Part shown: piece after piece, positions 1 through 10,374 of the stretch
How positions within the stretch are numbered: the first letter of the stretch is position 1
How the letters are laid out: each line of letters starts with the position of its first letter
Position numbers and translations under genes: made by a program
The notes under the pieces: generated by a model
What the model was told of the DNA's origin: nothing
Seen by the model: the letters and a program-made list of their open reading frames with translations, nothing else
Database searches by the model: none
Assembly: GCA_963701295.1 (NCBI GenBank)
Contig: OY969585.1
Span: 3,008,001-3,072,000, forward strand
Reading direction: 5' to 3'
Source of the DNA: Ignavibacteriota bacterium
Lineage (GTDB): Bacteria > Bacteroidota > Ignavibacteria > UBA10030
DNA length: 64,000 nt

Positions 1-1564
1 CCGCCAAATCCGCCTGTCAATGGATTGCTCGCAAGATCGGAGTTGTGAAGAACATAGAGCGGGAAGAACATCACTAATCCGGCAAGGATAACGCCGATAA
101 TATCTCCAACCTGCATCTTCGATGGTGTTCCGCCAAGAATGTGGCCGACTTTAAGGTCTTGAAGCATTTCTCCGGCAACTGCCGATGACACACACACCAC
201 CGCAGCAACACCAAGAACAGCGGCAACTCCTTGCATTCCTGTGACGCCAATGATTACCATTGTCAATGCAGCCACGACAGTGGTTGCAAGTGTTAATCCA
301 GAAATAGGATTATTGGATGAACCGATCATACCAACAAGATTTCCCGAAACTGCCGCGAAGAAGAATCCTGCAACCAGCATAACGACAGCGGCAAGGATTG
401 CACCAAGCAGCATGTTTGTGAAGTAGAAATAAAGCCCGATCATCAATGCAAAGACAACGACGATACCGAGGATGACTGCTTTGAACGAAATATCTTTCTC
501 GGTTCTTTCTGTCGCAGCTTTTGCAGCAGCAGATTTCTTCACATCAGCAATACCACGCTTGATGCCAAGAATTAAGTTCTTGCGCATTTTCCAAAGAGTG
601 TAGCATGCGCCAACGAGCATTCCTCCAACTGCAATCGGTCGGACAATGTAGCGATAGAGATGACCGGTGAGTGCAGCCCATGCAGCAGGTGAATCGCCAT
701 TGCTTGTAACAAGATATTTGTCGATTAATTGAGGCCCAGAAAAAACACTAGCAAGGGAACAAATAATCCCCAAGCAAGAACGCCGCCTGCAAAGTTTAAT
801 GCTCCGAGTTCCGGTCCGATGATATACCCGACACCAATGTATGCCGGTGTAGCAGCGGGTGCAGAAATTGTGGTGATGCCACCGCCGAGAATTCTTCCCG
901 AATCCGGTTTCATTCCAAGCTTCACAAATGATTCTTTCACACGTCCGACCATTACTTGAAAATCGTTTGATGAGTGAAAAATTCCCAATCCGTCGATTAA
1001 TTTAATGAATGCGCCGACTGCCATTGCTTTGAACAACGAGACAGCCGCATCTGCTCCGCGTTGACCCGCCTTATGAATTTCAGCTGCTGCGACCGATTCA
1101 GGAAATGGCAGGGTTTGATCTTCTACCATTACGCGCCGTAGAATCGTAACAAACATAATTCCAAGGATGCCGCCAAGAATCATCAGCGATGCAGCGATAA
1201 TATATTCTGTCAGCATGTTTTCCGGCGTGAACTTCCAAATGTGAAGAATCACAAATGCGGGGATCGTAAATATTGCACCGGCTGCTACAGACTCACCAAT
1301 AGAACCAACCGTTCGAGCAAAATTCTCTTCGAGGATGGATCCCTTCATGATTTTGAGTAATGCCATACCGATAACTGCAGCAGGATATGTTGCTGCTATC
1401 GTCATTCCGGCTTTCAAACCGAGGTAAGCATTTGCCGCACCGAGAACCACACACATCACCAAACCGATGATCAGTGCGCGGATTGTAAATTCTTTCATGT
1501 CGGTATTGACAGGAACATACGGGATAAATTTTTTCGGTCCGCCTGTGTTTGTTCCATCTGCCAT
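1..1564 (-). CDS. OPT family oligopeptide transporter, frameshifted at ~733 and running off the left edge of the window
   Basis: ORF 725-1570 has OPT motifs (EFTIRA, NAYLGLKAG, LPFPESVAAAE). After GGC CTC AAT TAA, another frame continues QLIDKY...VRPIAVGGMLVG...GSSNNPISG...MLQDLKVGHILGGTP to position 1. AAGGAG precedes the ATG at 1564. Confidence 0.9.
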
Positions 1565-1597
1565 AAACATCTCCTTACGTTTGAGTGAAGTATGAGA

Positions 1598-2497
1598 TCA
1601 ACGAATAAAAATCGCTTTTGTAACATACCACGCCATATGCGGATTCTCTTTTAAACGACGTGTTGAATAAGCATACCACTGTTCGCCAAACGGCACATAG
1701 ACTCTCAATTGATGTCCATCTTGAACAATCGCGTTTCGGCGTTTCTCGCGCACACCGAGAAGCATTTGAAATTCATAACGCTCTTTTTCCAACCCGTTCT
1801 TTTGTATCATCTCACATGCGCCATCGATTAAATAATCATCGTGTGTAGCAATACCAACATAAGAACCGGCTTCAAGAATAATTCGCAAGAGCTTGAGATA
1901 ATTTTCTCTGATTTCCTGTCGTTCTTTAAAAGCGATTGATGGTGACTCATTGTAAATGCCTTTGCACAGCCGGATATTTGTTCCTTCTTCCACAAGTGCA
2001 TAAACATCGTCTTCACTTCTGCGCATATATGCCTGGATAACTACACCGGTATTTTTAAAACCATCTGCTCGTAGTCGCCGGTACATAGTAAGTGTATCAT
2101 CCGTCGTCGTTGCATCTTCCATATCAATCCGGACAAAGTTATTAAGCCGGTCTGCTTCTTTAATAATTTTCTTAAGATTGCGATAGCCAAGTTCTTTGTC
2201 GATCTTCAGTCCGAGTTGTGTCGGTTTGATGGAGACATTAGAATTTAGTCTATTCTCCTTAATTGATTGGAGAATAGAAAGAACTCCTTTTTTTACTTGT
2301 TCGGTTTCGCCGGCATTTTTCACATCTTCGCCTAACAAATCCATCGTTGCCATTATTCCCTTTTCGTTGAGGTTCTTAGCAACACGAACACCATCGGACA
2401 AACGAACACCGGCAATATACCTTTTTGCCACCTGACCGACTATTGTTTTCGGAATGAACGGAAGTACTGTCGTGATAAGCTGATTCAGTATCGGCAT
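1598..2497 (-). CDS. Monofunctional proline dehydrogenase
   Basis: Motifs RYIAG, SIKPTQLG, VRIDMED, IRLCKGIY, FQMLLG, RVYVPFG and RRLKENP. Confidence 0.93.
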   Translation of the reverse strand: MPILNQLITTVLPFIPKTIVGQVAKRYIAGVRLSDGVRVAKNLNEKGIMATMDLLGEDVKNAGETEQVKKGVLSILQSIKENRLNSNVSIKPTQLGLKIDKELGYRNLKKIIKEADRLNNFVRIDMEDATTTDDTLTMYRRLRADGFKNTGVVIQAYMRRSEDDVYALVEEGTNIRLCKGIYNESPSIAFKERQEIRENYLKLLRIILEAGSYVGIATHDDYLIDGACEMIQKNGLEKERYEFQMLLGVREKRRNAIVQDGHQLRVYVPFGEQWYAYSTRRLKENPHMAWYVTKAIFIR

Positions 2498-2582
2498 AAC
2501 TTCCTATTATTGCGGGCTATTTTCCGTAGAATTAACAATTCAAATCCGTGTCAATATAGCCACACAGGCGCGAAAAAGCAAT

Positions 2583-2606
2583 AAAAAACCCTCCAAATTG
2601 GAGGGC
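2583..2606 (-). terminator. Intrinsic terminator downstream of the M13 peptidase
   Basis: Minus strand reads GCCCTCCAA-T-TTGGAGGG followed by TTTTTT. Confidence 0.75.
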
Positions 2607-2696
2607 TTAAAAAAGCTGAATATCAGCTAACATCATGATACTCTCAGAAGAATCCGTTAACTCGCTGAAGCCTTCAAGAATGGTAAAAGGAAACTA

Positions 2697-4736
2697 TCAC
2701 CAGATCACTACTCTCGCACTGTCCGCACGCCACATGGTATCACCTTGTTTAATTCCAAACGCTGCATAGAACTCCGGCATGTTCGATAATGGACCGATGA
2801 CACGGAATTTAGCAGGCGAATGCTCATTGCTGCGCACCTGGCTTGCAATGGTTTCGGGACGTTCGTTCACCATCCACGCGAATGCATAGCCGAGGAAAAA
2901 ACGCTTATTTGGATTTAAACTTGCAATGATCTCATCGTTCTTATACTGGTCAGTTTTCTTGAACGCCTCATATCCCATAATAACACCGCCGAGATCTGCG
3001 ATGTTTTCACCTTGCGTCAGTTCGCCGTTGATGTGCAGACTGTCGACAGCCGTATATTCGTTAAATTGTTTGACGATCATTTTCGTCTTAGTGTAAAACT
3101 TGACGCTGTCCTCGCTCGTCCACCAATTATTCAGGTTCCCCTGTTCATCGTACTTGCTCCCCTGATCATCAAACCCGTGTGTGATTTCATGCCCGAATGT
3201 GGAGCCGCCAATGACAGAATACAGCAAAGCATCGTCGGCAAGCTTGCCTTCATACCCCGGAATAATAATATTGCATCCCGGTACACAGATTTCATTATTC
3301 GATGGATTGTAATAGGCATTATAGGTTTGAGGTTCCATATCCCATTCAGTCCGATCGACCGGCTTGCCATATTTAGAAATCATGAAATGAAATCCCCACA
3401 AATTGGCCCTCATCACATTGCGAACATAGGAAGAACGATCGATCCGCATCGTGCTGAGATCTTTCCATTTGTCTGGAAAACCGACTTTCATGATGATCGT
3501 GCTGAGTTTCTTAAGTGCCTTCACTTTTGTGACTTCGCTCATCCAATCCAATTTCTTTATCCGTTCAGCATATACTTCTTTGATGGCATTTCCGATCTCC
3601 AGTAGCTTTTCTTTTGTCCCTTTGGGTAAATATTCAGACATGTACACCTGCCCGATCAATTCACCAAGCGATTCGTTGGTTCGCTCGACGACACGTTTCC
3701 ACCTCGGCTTTGGTTCCTGCACTCCTTGAAGTGTTGTTGAATAAAAGTTGAATATCTCAAGATATGTTTTGTCATCAAGGTACGCTGCAAGACCGCGCAC
3801 AAGGTGGTACTTGAGATAATTTTTCCATGTATCGATAGAAACTGTCTTGAGATACCCGTTCAATGCGGTGAGAAATTCGGGTTGGCCGACGATAACGGTA
3901 TCTACGGTGCGTAAACCAACGCCTTTCGTAAAAACATTCCAATCGAAGTTTGGAGTAGTTTTCGACAATTGTTTGAAGGATATTTTATTGTAATTTTTCA
4001 GGGGATCGCGTGTGTCTTCTCGGTTGCGTGACGTTTTTGCAAGTGCGGTCTCCAGCGTCATCAGATTTTCTGCCGCTTGTTTTGCTTTTACGTCATCATA
4101 ACCAAAAATTTTAAACATATTACCTGCATGCACAACAAATTTCTGACGGATCATCATAGCAGCGGAATCGACATCGAAATAGTAACGCTTGTCAGGCAAA
4201 CTCAACCCCCCTTGATAGATAAAGACGGCATTCTTACTGCTGATTCTATTATCTTGTCCCACATCAAAAGAAAACATTGGTGAACCGGCAACAGTATGAA
4301 TATACGCCACTGCATAGACCATCCCCCTTAAATCATTTATACCGTCGATCATATCAAAATCTTTTTTAAGATTAGTTATCCCTTCTTTATTGAGTGTAAG
4401 GCTGTCCATACCAGTAAAAAAGAAATCGCCAATCTTTTGTTTATTACTTCCCTTTTCGGCGTTGGTCAATGCAGCGGAGGATTCGCACATAATGCGGATT
4501 TGTGCATTAATCGTATCCTGAATTAACTGCATGATGCCATTGTTAGCTTCATTGGCGGGAATAGGATTTTCTTTAAACCATCTGCCGTTAGCATATTGGA
4601 AGATATTATCTCCGGCTTTTACAGTCGTATCGATGTGTGCAACAAGTGGGTCTTGAGTGATTTGAGATTGGCCAAATGAGAAAGAAACAATGATTGCCAG
4701 GATAGCACAGAGTAAAACACTATAGGAATTTTTCAT
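2697..4736 (-). CDS. M13 (neprilysin/PepO) family metallo-endopeptidase, secreted
   Basis: Signal peptide; motifs NAYYNP, GHEITHGFD (HExxH), GENIADLGG and HSP..FRV. Confidence 0.95.
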   Translation of the reverse strand: MKNSYSVLLCAILAIIVSFSFGQSQITQDPLVAHIDTTVKAGDNIFQYANGRWFKENPIPANEANNGIMQLIQDTINAQIRIMCESSAALTNAEKGSNKQKIGDFFFTGMDSLTLNKEGITNLKKDFDMIDGINDLRGMVYAVAYIHTVAGSPMFSFDVGQDNRISSKNAVFIYQGGLSLPDKRYYFDVDSAAMMIRQKFVVHAGNMFKIFGYDDVKAKQAAENLMTLETALAKTSRNREDTRDPLKNYNKISFKQLSKTTPNFDWNVFTKGVGLRTVDTVIVGQPEFLTALNGYLKTVSIDTWKNYLKYHLVRGLAAYLDDKTYLEIFNFYSTTLQGVQEPKPRWKRVVERTNESLGELIGQVYMSEYLPKGTKEKLLEIGNAIKEVYAERIKKLDWMSEVTKVKALKKLSTIIMKVGFPDKWKDLSTMRIDRSSYVRNVMRANLWGFHFMISKYGKPVDRTEWDMEPQTYNAYYNPSNNEICVPGCNIIIPGYEGKLADDALLYSVIGGSTFGHEITHGFDDQGSKYDEQGNLNNWWTSEDSVKFYTKTKMIVKQFNEYTAVDSLHINGELTQGENIADLGGVIMGYEAFKKTDQYKNDEIIASLNPNKRFFLGYAFAWMVNERPETIASQVRSNEHSPAKFRVIGPLSNMPEFYAAFGIKQGDTMWRADSARVVIW

Positions 4737-4782
4737 ACTATATCCTTTCGAAGGAAAAATTATAATACATGAAACATACTAG

Positions 4783-5115
4783 CTATAATTTGCGAAAATA
4801 GAAAAATGAAATAATAAGAAGAATACCAATCGGCAGCACTACAACTAATCCTCCGAGTTTATTGACCATGATTACTGAAACGACATCAGGAATTAAAACA
4901 GCGACAATGAGCACGACGAGAGAAAACAAACTTGAAATGAGCAAGCCGCACCCAAAGAATTTATTTGCCTTATACCATACGGTCTCATCCGACATTGTTT
5001 TACGCGTACGAACCCCATAAAAACAATTTGGACGTACTTTTTGAAGTACCAGAGGAATTGATAATATCATGAAAACAAAACAAAGTATCATCGGAATGAT
5101 AATATGATTGATCAT
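4783..5115 (-). CDS. SdpI/YfhL family membrane protein
   Basis: PN.FYGVRT.KTMSDE.VWYKANKFFG signature and three hydrophobic segments. Confidence 0.8.
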   Translation of the reverse strand: MINHIIIPMILCFVFMILSIPLVLQKVRPNCFYGVRTRKTMSDETVWYKANKFFGCGLLISSLFSLVVLIVAVLIPDVVSVIMVNKLGGLVVVLPIGILLIISFFYFRKL

Positions 5116-5265
5116 GGTATATGATTACTCAATCGCAATTCTTTCATATCTCAACACCAAAGCATTATCTACCGCTACCGCAGCGTGGATTGATGGTGTG
5201 TCAAATAACCAGCAAATTCCGAGATGTTTTGATGGTGAATGTCAATCTTATTTCTTTTTTTCACG

Positions 5266-6099
5266 TCAAAAATTGAAATTATTCGGATCTGCACCAACAC
5301 GTTCATTCTTGTCCAGGCGATCGATTGCCTGTGTATCCTTCGGCTTAATTTCAAAATCGAAAATCTGCGCATTGGAAATAATCCGCTCTCGACGGATGGA
5401 CTTAGGGATTGTAACAACACCTTTTTGCAGATTCCATCGCAACACTATTTGAGCAATATCCTTCTTATATTTCTCGACAAGAGGATGGAGCTCCTTAATG
5501 TTAAAAATATTTCCTTGCATAAGCGGACTCCATGCCTCATATTGGATCGTATGATTATGACAAAAGTCTATTAATTCCTGCTGAACAAGACGCGGATGAA
5601 ACTCCATTTGGTTCACCATGGGTACTACTTTGCAGTGTGCCAGGATGTCCTCAAGATGATAGCTGAGAAAATTACTTACACCTATGGCACGCACACGGCC
5701 TTCAGAGTATAATTGTTCAAGAGCTTCCCACGTCTCAATATATTTTCCTTTTACCGGCCAGTGAATCAGATATAAATCGAGGTATTCGAAATCTAACAAT
5801 TTCATACTCACATCAAAGGCACGCAGTGTGTTAGTATATCCCTGATCGGAATTCCAGACTTTGCTTGTAACAAAAATATTCTTGCGTGGTATGCCACTTT
5901 CTTTTATCGCCTGACCAATACCGCGTTCATTCCTATAAAGAGATGCCGTATCGATGTGCTTGTACCCGGCAGATAATGCGTATCGAACAGTTTGCTTTAC
6001 TTCTTCTCCATCACGAACTTGAAAGACTCCTAGTCCAAAATACGGCATGGGAACGCCATTCTTTAATTCAACAGTACCTTGTATATCAGAAATCTTCAT
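5266..6099 (-). CDS. Aldo/keto reductase (YvgN/DkgA-like)
   Basis: Motifs GYKHIDTASLY, TSKVWN, LDLYLIHWP, IGVSNF and IPKS. Confidence 0.95.
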   Translation of the reverse strand: MKISDIQGTVELKNGVPMPYFGLGVFQVRDGEEVKQTVRYALSAGYKHIDTASLYRNERGIGQAIKESGIPRKNIFVTSKVWNSDQGYTNTLRAFDVSMKLLDFEYLDLYLIHWPVKGKYIETWEALEQLYSEGRVRAIGVSNFLSYHLEDILAHCKVVPMVNQMEFHPRLVQQELIDFCHNHTIQYEAWSPLMQGNIFNIKELHPLVEKYKKDIAQIVLRWNLQKGVVTIPKSIRRERIISNAQIFDFEIKPKDTQAIDRLDKNERVGADPNNFNF

Positions 6100-6142
6100 A
6101 AAGTGACTCCAATGTCCATTGCGTGATTTGTACTATATCCGT

Positions 6143-6970
6143 CTATTTCAAGGTTTGAGCAAAAAGCCATCTATACAGCTCTGGATCTGCATATGCCTTG
6201 ATCCAAGATTGTGGATGATCTGCTTCAGGATAGAGCGTGTATCGAATATTGCCTCCACATGCTTTTAATGCATCCACAAGAATTTCAGTCTGCCACGCCT
6301 GCACGGATCCATCTTTTCCACCATGGAAAGCCCAAATTGGAAGCTCTTTGAGATCACAAAGGTTATCCGGAATTTCTTTACTTTTAAATTTATATGCTCC
6401 TGCAATTGGTACAATCGCGGTAAAATAGTGGGGATAACGCAAAGCAAAATTCCATGTCCCAGCTCCTCCCATACTAAATCCTGTTAGATATACACGCCGA
6501 GTATCCACGGAATATTTTGATTGAATTTGATCCAACAATTCTTTTAATGGATCGATGAAGTCATCCCAGAGTGACTTGTCGAGTGGCAATTGTGGAGACA
6601 CAACAATACATGGAAAATCTTTTTGCTGATCGAGAATCTTCGGCAACGGATGTTTTTTCAGAATCTCTAGATCATCCCCGCGTTCGCCCATACCGTGGAG
6701 AAAAAGAATTAACGGCCATTTCTTTTGCTGATCCTTTCCATATAATTCCGGTAAATAAAATAGATAGTTTATATGCATCGTTGCTTTCATTTGAATTGGC
6801 GACTCAGTTTTTAGAGTTATTGAATAGGCATGCTGACCTTTAACAGCGACCAGCGGAGGTGCCGGATATACAGTTGCAGTACTTGTGGCTCCACATCCTT
6901 CAATCATAAAAACAGTCACCGCCGAGAATATCAATCCAATAAAGAGAAAACACAATGAATATTGTGCCAT
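6143..6970 (-). CDS. Secreted alpha/beta-hydrolase (predicted peptidase/esterase)
   Basis: PLILFLHG.GERG, the nucleophile elbow YLTGFSMGG, WAFHG.KD and a C-terminal His; hydrophobic N-terminus. Confidence 0.85.
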   Translation of the reverse strand: MAQYSLCFLFIGLIFSAVTVFMIEGCGATSTATVYPAPPLVAVKGQHAYSITLKTESPIQMKATMHINYLFYLPELYGKDQQKKWPLILFLHGMGERGDDLEILKKHPLPKILDQQKDFPCIVVSPQLPLDKSLWDDFIDPLKELLDQIQSKYSVDTRRVYLTGFSMGGAGTWNFALRYPHYFTAIVPIAGAYKFKSKEIPDNLCDLKELPIWAFHGGKDGSVQAWQTEILVDALKACGGNIRYTLYPEADHPQSWIKAYADPELYRWLFAQTLK

Positions 6971-7052
6971 AGAGAGCCTTCACAGTGATACCGTTTTGAT
7001 CGTATGACTTGAATGCAGCTTTTTCTTATTTCATCTATAGCAGCCGATACAG

Positions 7053-7244
7053 CTATTTTTTATCTCGCTGCCTGAGAAGTGACCGAGAAATTCCTAATAT
7101 CAAAGCGAGACGAAAGCTCGATTCCCCATCAATCATACTCGTACGGTACACAATAAGATTATAAAGGAATGCAACAATCAAGCTAACCACAAAAATAACT
7201 GCAAATGCAATCACAAAATCTGTTGCTAATTTGTTCATTTTCAT
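7053..7244 (-). CDS. Small hypothetical membrane protein
   Basis: Hydrophobic segment(s) in ORF 7053-7295; the start codon is uncertain. Confidence 0.45.
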   Translation of the reverse strand: MKMNKLATDFVIAFAVIFVVSLIVAFLYNLIVYRTSMIDGESSFRLALILGISRSLLRQRDKK

Positions 7245-7306
7245 TGGAGGAATTCCTTTGATTTGTTGATTGATTTTTTTCATATGCACCCTCATTCTTT
7301 TTAGAT

Positions 7307-8857
7307 TTACTTCTTATCATAAATCATTATAATATTTCGTTCGCCCCAGAATGAATTGGAATACTGTTTTATTGATAAAACCGTACCAAGTTTCTGTAAA
7401 CTCCATGATTCATTATCCGCAACATTGTAAGTCAGTCCGCCTCTTTTTAATATGACCTTCGATTCAATGATCAACGTATCACAATTTTTAGACCATGTTG
7501 CTTTCATTGTTTTTGGAGAATCCCACATCTCTGACATAGATTCTTTGCCGTCAAGCGTCATGTTTTCGTCTGTAACCAAATCATCAGTATATTCCAAAAC
7601 GTAAGCCTTTTGAATGGCTAGAACATTCTCTTTTTGAGTAATCTTTAATCTGTAAGGAAGGGAGTTGACACCCATATTATCGAGTACACTGTTTTCTTCA
7701 TTAAAAATCCAGTTCCCTGAAAAATCAGCCTTTCCGCCATTGGACTTCGTCTCCTTCAATGGAAAAGGAGAAAGCCCGCACACTGCGCGGTATGGAGTAA
7801 TAAGTTTCCAGTACACAGAATCTTCTAAATTCAGTATACGATTGTTATTCACCAGTTCCCAATGTTGTTTCTTCATTGTGTTTCGAACCATTCCTGCCCA
7901 AATAACATAGAATGCCCACTTCGGCTGGTTTTTCAGAATTTCAAGCGTTGGTGGATTTCCAACTTCCGCAAGGACAAGTGGTTTTCCTTTTGATAAAACA
8001 ATCAGGCTGTCATAATACGATTGATTAAAATCTTTTTTATAAATATCTAATGAGATGATGTCGAGGAATTCATTCCCTGGGTAATAATCTGAGAACTGCA
8101 TTTCAGGCTTCACGGGCCTATCGACACTCCACATCCAAATCAGATTATGGAGTTTGTGATAATTCACGAGCCTGTCAAAAAGTTGACGATAGAGCGTTGC
8201 GGTACCGTATTTTCCAATTCGTCCTCCCCACCAGAACCACTTGCCATTCATTTCATGATAGGGACGCCAAAGCACTGGCACTTGTGCATCTTGAAGTTTT
8301 TTTAGATAAAAAGCAATTGAGTCGACTTGCGCCTGCCATCGCATATACAGCATGGTTCCCGGCGTCAGCACGTCTCTGAATTGTTGATCCAGGATTTGAC
8401 CCTGCACACTCGTCAGTGAGTCCGATGCGGTACCTTCAAATTGCGACCCGAAGGTAACAGGCTCTTCCGCGGTTGGCGGTACCGCATGCCAGCATATCGT
8501 AATGATCGAACCCATGAGATGCTGTCTTTTAATTTCTTCTACAATATCCGGTCGTGCAAGGTAAGAGTCTTTGTCGCCATCCTTTGCAAATCCCCAATCC
8601 GTACTGAATATGACAGGTGTTTTACCGATATATGCTGCTGCAAATTGTGAGTTCCTGCTTTTTGCGTTTGAATAATTATGTTGACCGGTTAACGTGTAAT
8701 TTCCTGAAATGCTGTAAATAAATTTCAATAACGCTTGAGCTTCTCGCGAAGCGTTGGGGGTTACCGGCTTGACGTTGCTATCAGAGCTAAAAAGCGAAAA
8801 AGACCTTAAACACAAAAGTACTAGAGATAGCCAAAATATTCTTCGTTTGAATATCAT
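7307..8857 (-). CDS. GH26 beta-mannanase with an extra C-terminal domain
   Basis: Signal peptide; WRPYHEMNG.WFWWG (acid/base), YYPG.E..DI.SLDIY and LAEVG (nucleophile); ~140-aa beta-rich tail. Confidence 0.9.
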   Translation of the reverse strand: MIFKRRIFWLSLVLLCLRSFSLFSSDSNVKPVTPNASREAQALLKFIYSISGNYTLTGQHNYSNAKSRNSQFAAAYIGKTPVIFSTDWGFAKDGDKDSYLARPDIVEEIKRQHLMGSIITICWHAVPPTAEEPVTFGSQFEGTASDSLTSVQGQILDQQFRDVLTPGTMLYMRWQAQVDSIAFYLKKLQDAQVPVLWRPYHEMNGKWFWWGGRIGKYGTATLYRQLFDRLVNYHKLHNLIWMWSVDRPVKPEMQFSDYYPGNEFLDIISLDIYKKDFNQSYYDSLIVLSKGKPLVLAEVGNPPTLEILKNQPKWAFYVIWAGMVRNTMKKQHWELVNNNRILNLEDSVYWKLITPYRAVCGLSPFPLKETKSNGGKADFSGNWIFNEENSVLDNMGVNSLPYRLKITQKENVLAIQKAYVLEYTDDLVTDENMTLDGKESMSEMWDSPKTMKATWSKNCDTLIIESKVILKRGGLTYNVADNESWSLQKLGTVLSIKQYSNSFWGERNIIMIYDKK

Positions 8858-8946
8858 ATTCTCACTTACTTTCTTGAGAGATAGAAATTTTCTTGTCGTT
8901 CATATGCAAAGGTTTTAGAAATGTAGCCAAAAGGTGCGTGAGAAAC

Positions 8947-8984
8947 AAAAGAAAAACCCCGACGCACTACCAGACGCCGGGGTT
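8947..8984 (-). terminator. Intrinsic terminator
   Basis: AACCCCGGCGT-CTGGTAGT-GCGTCGGGGTT followed by TTTCTTTT. Confidence 0.85.
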
Positions 8985-9020
8985 AGGGAGGCTATCTTAC
9001 GCCGCCGGGGAGACGGCGCA
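8947..9020 (-). ncRNA. Candidate ~72-nt small RNA or attenuated leader
   Basis: Lies between a perfect sigma70 promoter and a strong terminator: hairpin GCGCCGTC-TCCCC-GGCGGCGT, linker AAGATAGCCTCCCT, then the terminator hairpin. Confidence 0.6.
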
Positions 9021-9025
9021 GTGCA

Positions 9026-9054
9026 ATTATAGAAAAGTTTTTCGTTTTTGTCAA
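9026..9054 (-). promoter_or_regulatory. Consensus sigma70 promoter
   Basis: TTGACA (9054-9049), 17-bp spacer, TATAAT (9031-9026). Confidence 0.85.
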
Positions 9055-9251
9055 ATAGGGATTTCGGGTTGCGTTTCTATCCATTGATAGAATATCTTCA
9101 GCGGAATCGGGCACTCGAATGATCATAATATCATCTTAACAAATTGTCTTTCTTAAGTGCAATATATTTCTCTTTTATATTTATTCTTTCTATTTTTCAA
9201 CTGTTCTATCTTTTCTAACTATTCTTCAATATTCCATGGAGGAACATATAG

Positions 9252-10235
9252 TTACCAATAGTGATGGACGAATGGCCGAATATTCTGATTATATAATTCC
9301 TTAATTGTTTTCATTGTAGAATCGGGAAGAGAAGGCAAATCGGCCGCTTTGGTATTCTCTTCTGCTTGCCGAGGATTCTTCGCACCGGGAATCGCACATG
9401 TCACCGATGAATTCATTAAGATCCACTTCAAAGCAAATTGTATCATCGTTATATCAGCTGGTACAAGGTGGCGTAGTTTTTCCACAAAGTCCAAACTCAG
9501 ATCATAGTCAACTCCAGAAAAAGTTTCTCCACGGTCGAATGCCTCGCCATGCCGATTAAATAATCGATGATCACCCTTTTCAAAATTTGACTGTTTCGAC
9601 ATTTTGCCTGTCAGCATACCGGAAGAAAGCGGCAATCTGGCGAGGATTCCTACCTTACGCTTGGCTGCTTCGCCAAAGAACAATTCTGAAGGTCTCTGTC
9701 GAAAAATATTATAGATAATCTGGACAGACTGGATATTAGGAAACTCTATTGCCTTAAGCGCCTCTTCAACCTTTTCAACACTCACTCCATAAAATCGGAG
9801 TTTACCGATCTGAACAAGATCATCTAGAATTCCGAATACTTCCGGCATATAATATACTTCCGTAGGTGGACAATGAAGCTGAAGGATGTCAATTGCGTCG
9901 GTATTCAAATTCTTTAGACTGCTTTCAATGAATGCTGTGAGATTTTTTTTATTGTATCCGTCAGAAGTATGAGGATCCAAGCGCCTGCCAGCTTTTGTTG
10001 CAATATAGAATTGTTCAGCCCGCTCATGTCTTAATTGAGCAAGAAGTCGTTCGCTCCGTCCGTCTCCGTATACATCGGCTGTATCAAAAAAGTTGACACC
10101 TGCATCCAAGACTGTATGAAGGGCAGCTAGTGAATCCTTATCGTTCACAGATCCCCATGCACTTCCAATCGCCCATGCACCGAAGCTTATTGCCGATACG
10201 TTCCAGCTTGTTCTTCCAAGTTTTCGATATTCCAT
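9252..10235 (-). CDS. Aldo/keto reductase
   Basis: Motifs FFDTADVYGDGRSE, IATKAG, IDILQLH and IPGAKN. Confidence 0.93.
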   Translation of the reverse strand: MEYRKLGRTSWNVSAISFGAWAIGSAWGSVNDKDSLAALHTVLDAGVNFFDTADVYGDGRSERLLAQLRHERAEQFYIATKAGRRLDPHTSDGYNKKNLTAFIESSLKNLNTDAIDILQLHCPPTEVYYMPEVFGILDDLVQIGKLRFYGVSVEKVEEALKAIEFPNIQSVQIIYNIFRQRPSELFFGEAAKRKVGILARLPLSSGMLTGKMSKQSNFEKGDHRLFNRHGEAFDRGETFSGVDYDLSLDFVEKLRHLVPADITMIQFALKWILMNSSVTCAIPGAKNPRQAEENTKAADLPSLPDSTMKTIKELYNQNIRPFVHHYW

Positions 10236-10374
10236 CTTTTCTTCCTTTAAGGTCTACACTAAAAATATGAATATGCCATTCACGTTTTTAAGCCAAGAAC
10301 TGAGAGTCTAAAAAAGGGACTATCATTATATATATGTAACCATTGGAAGATTTCTGAATAAAGCTTTGAAAATC

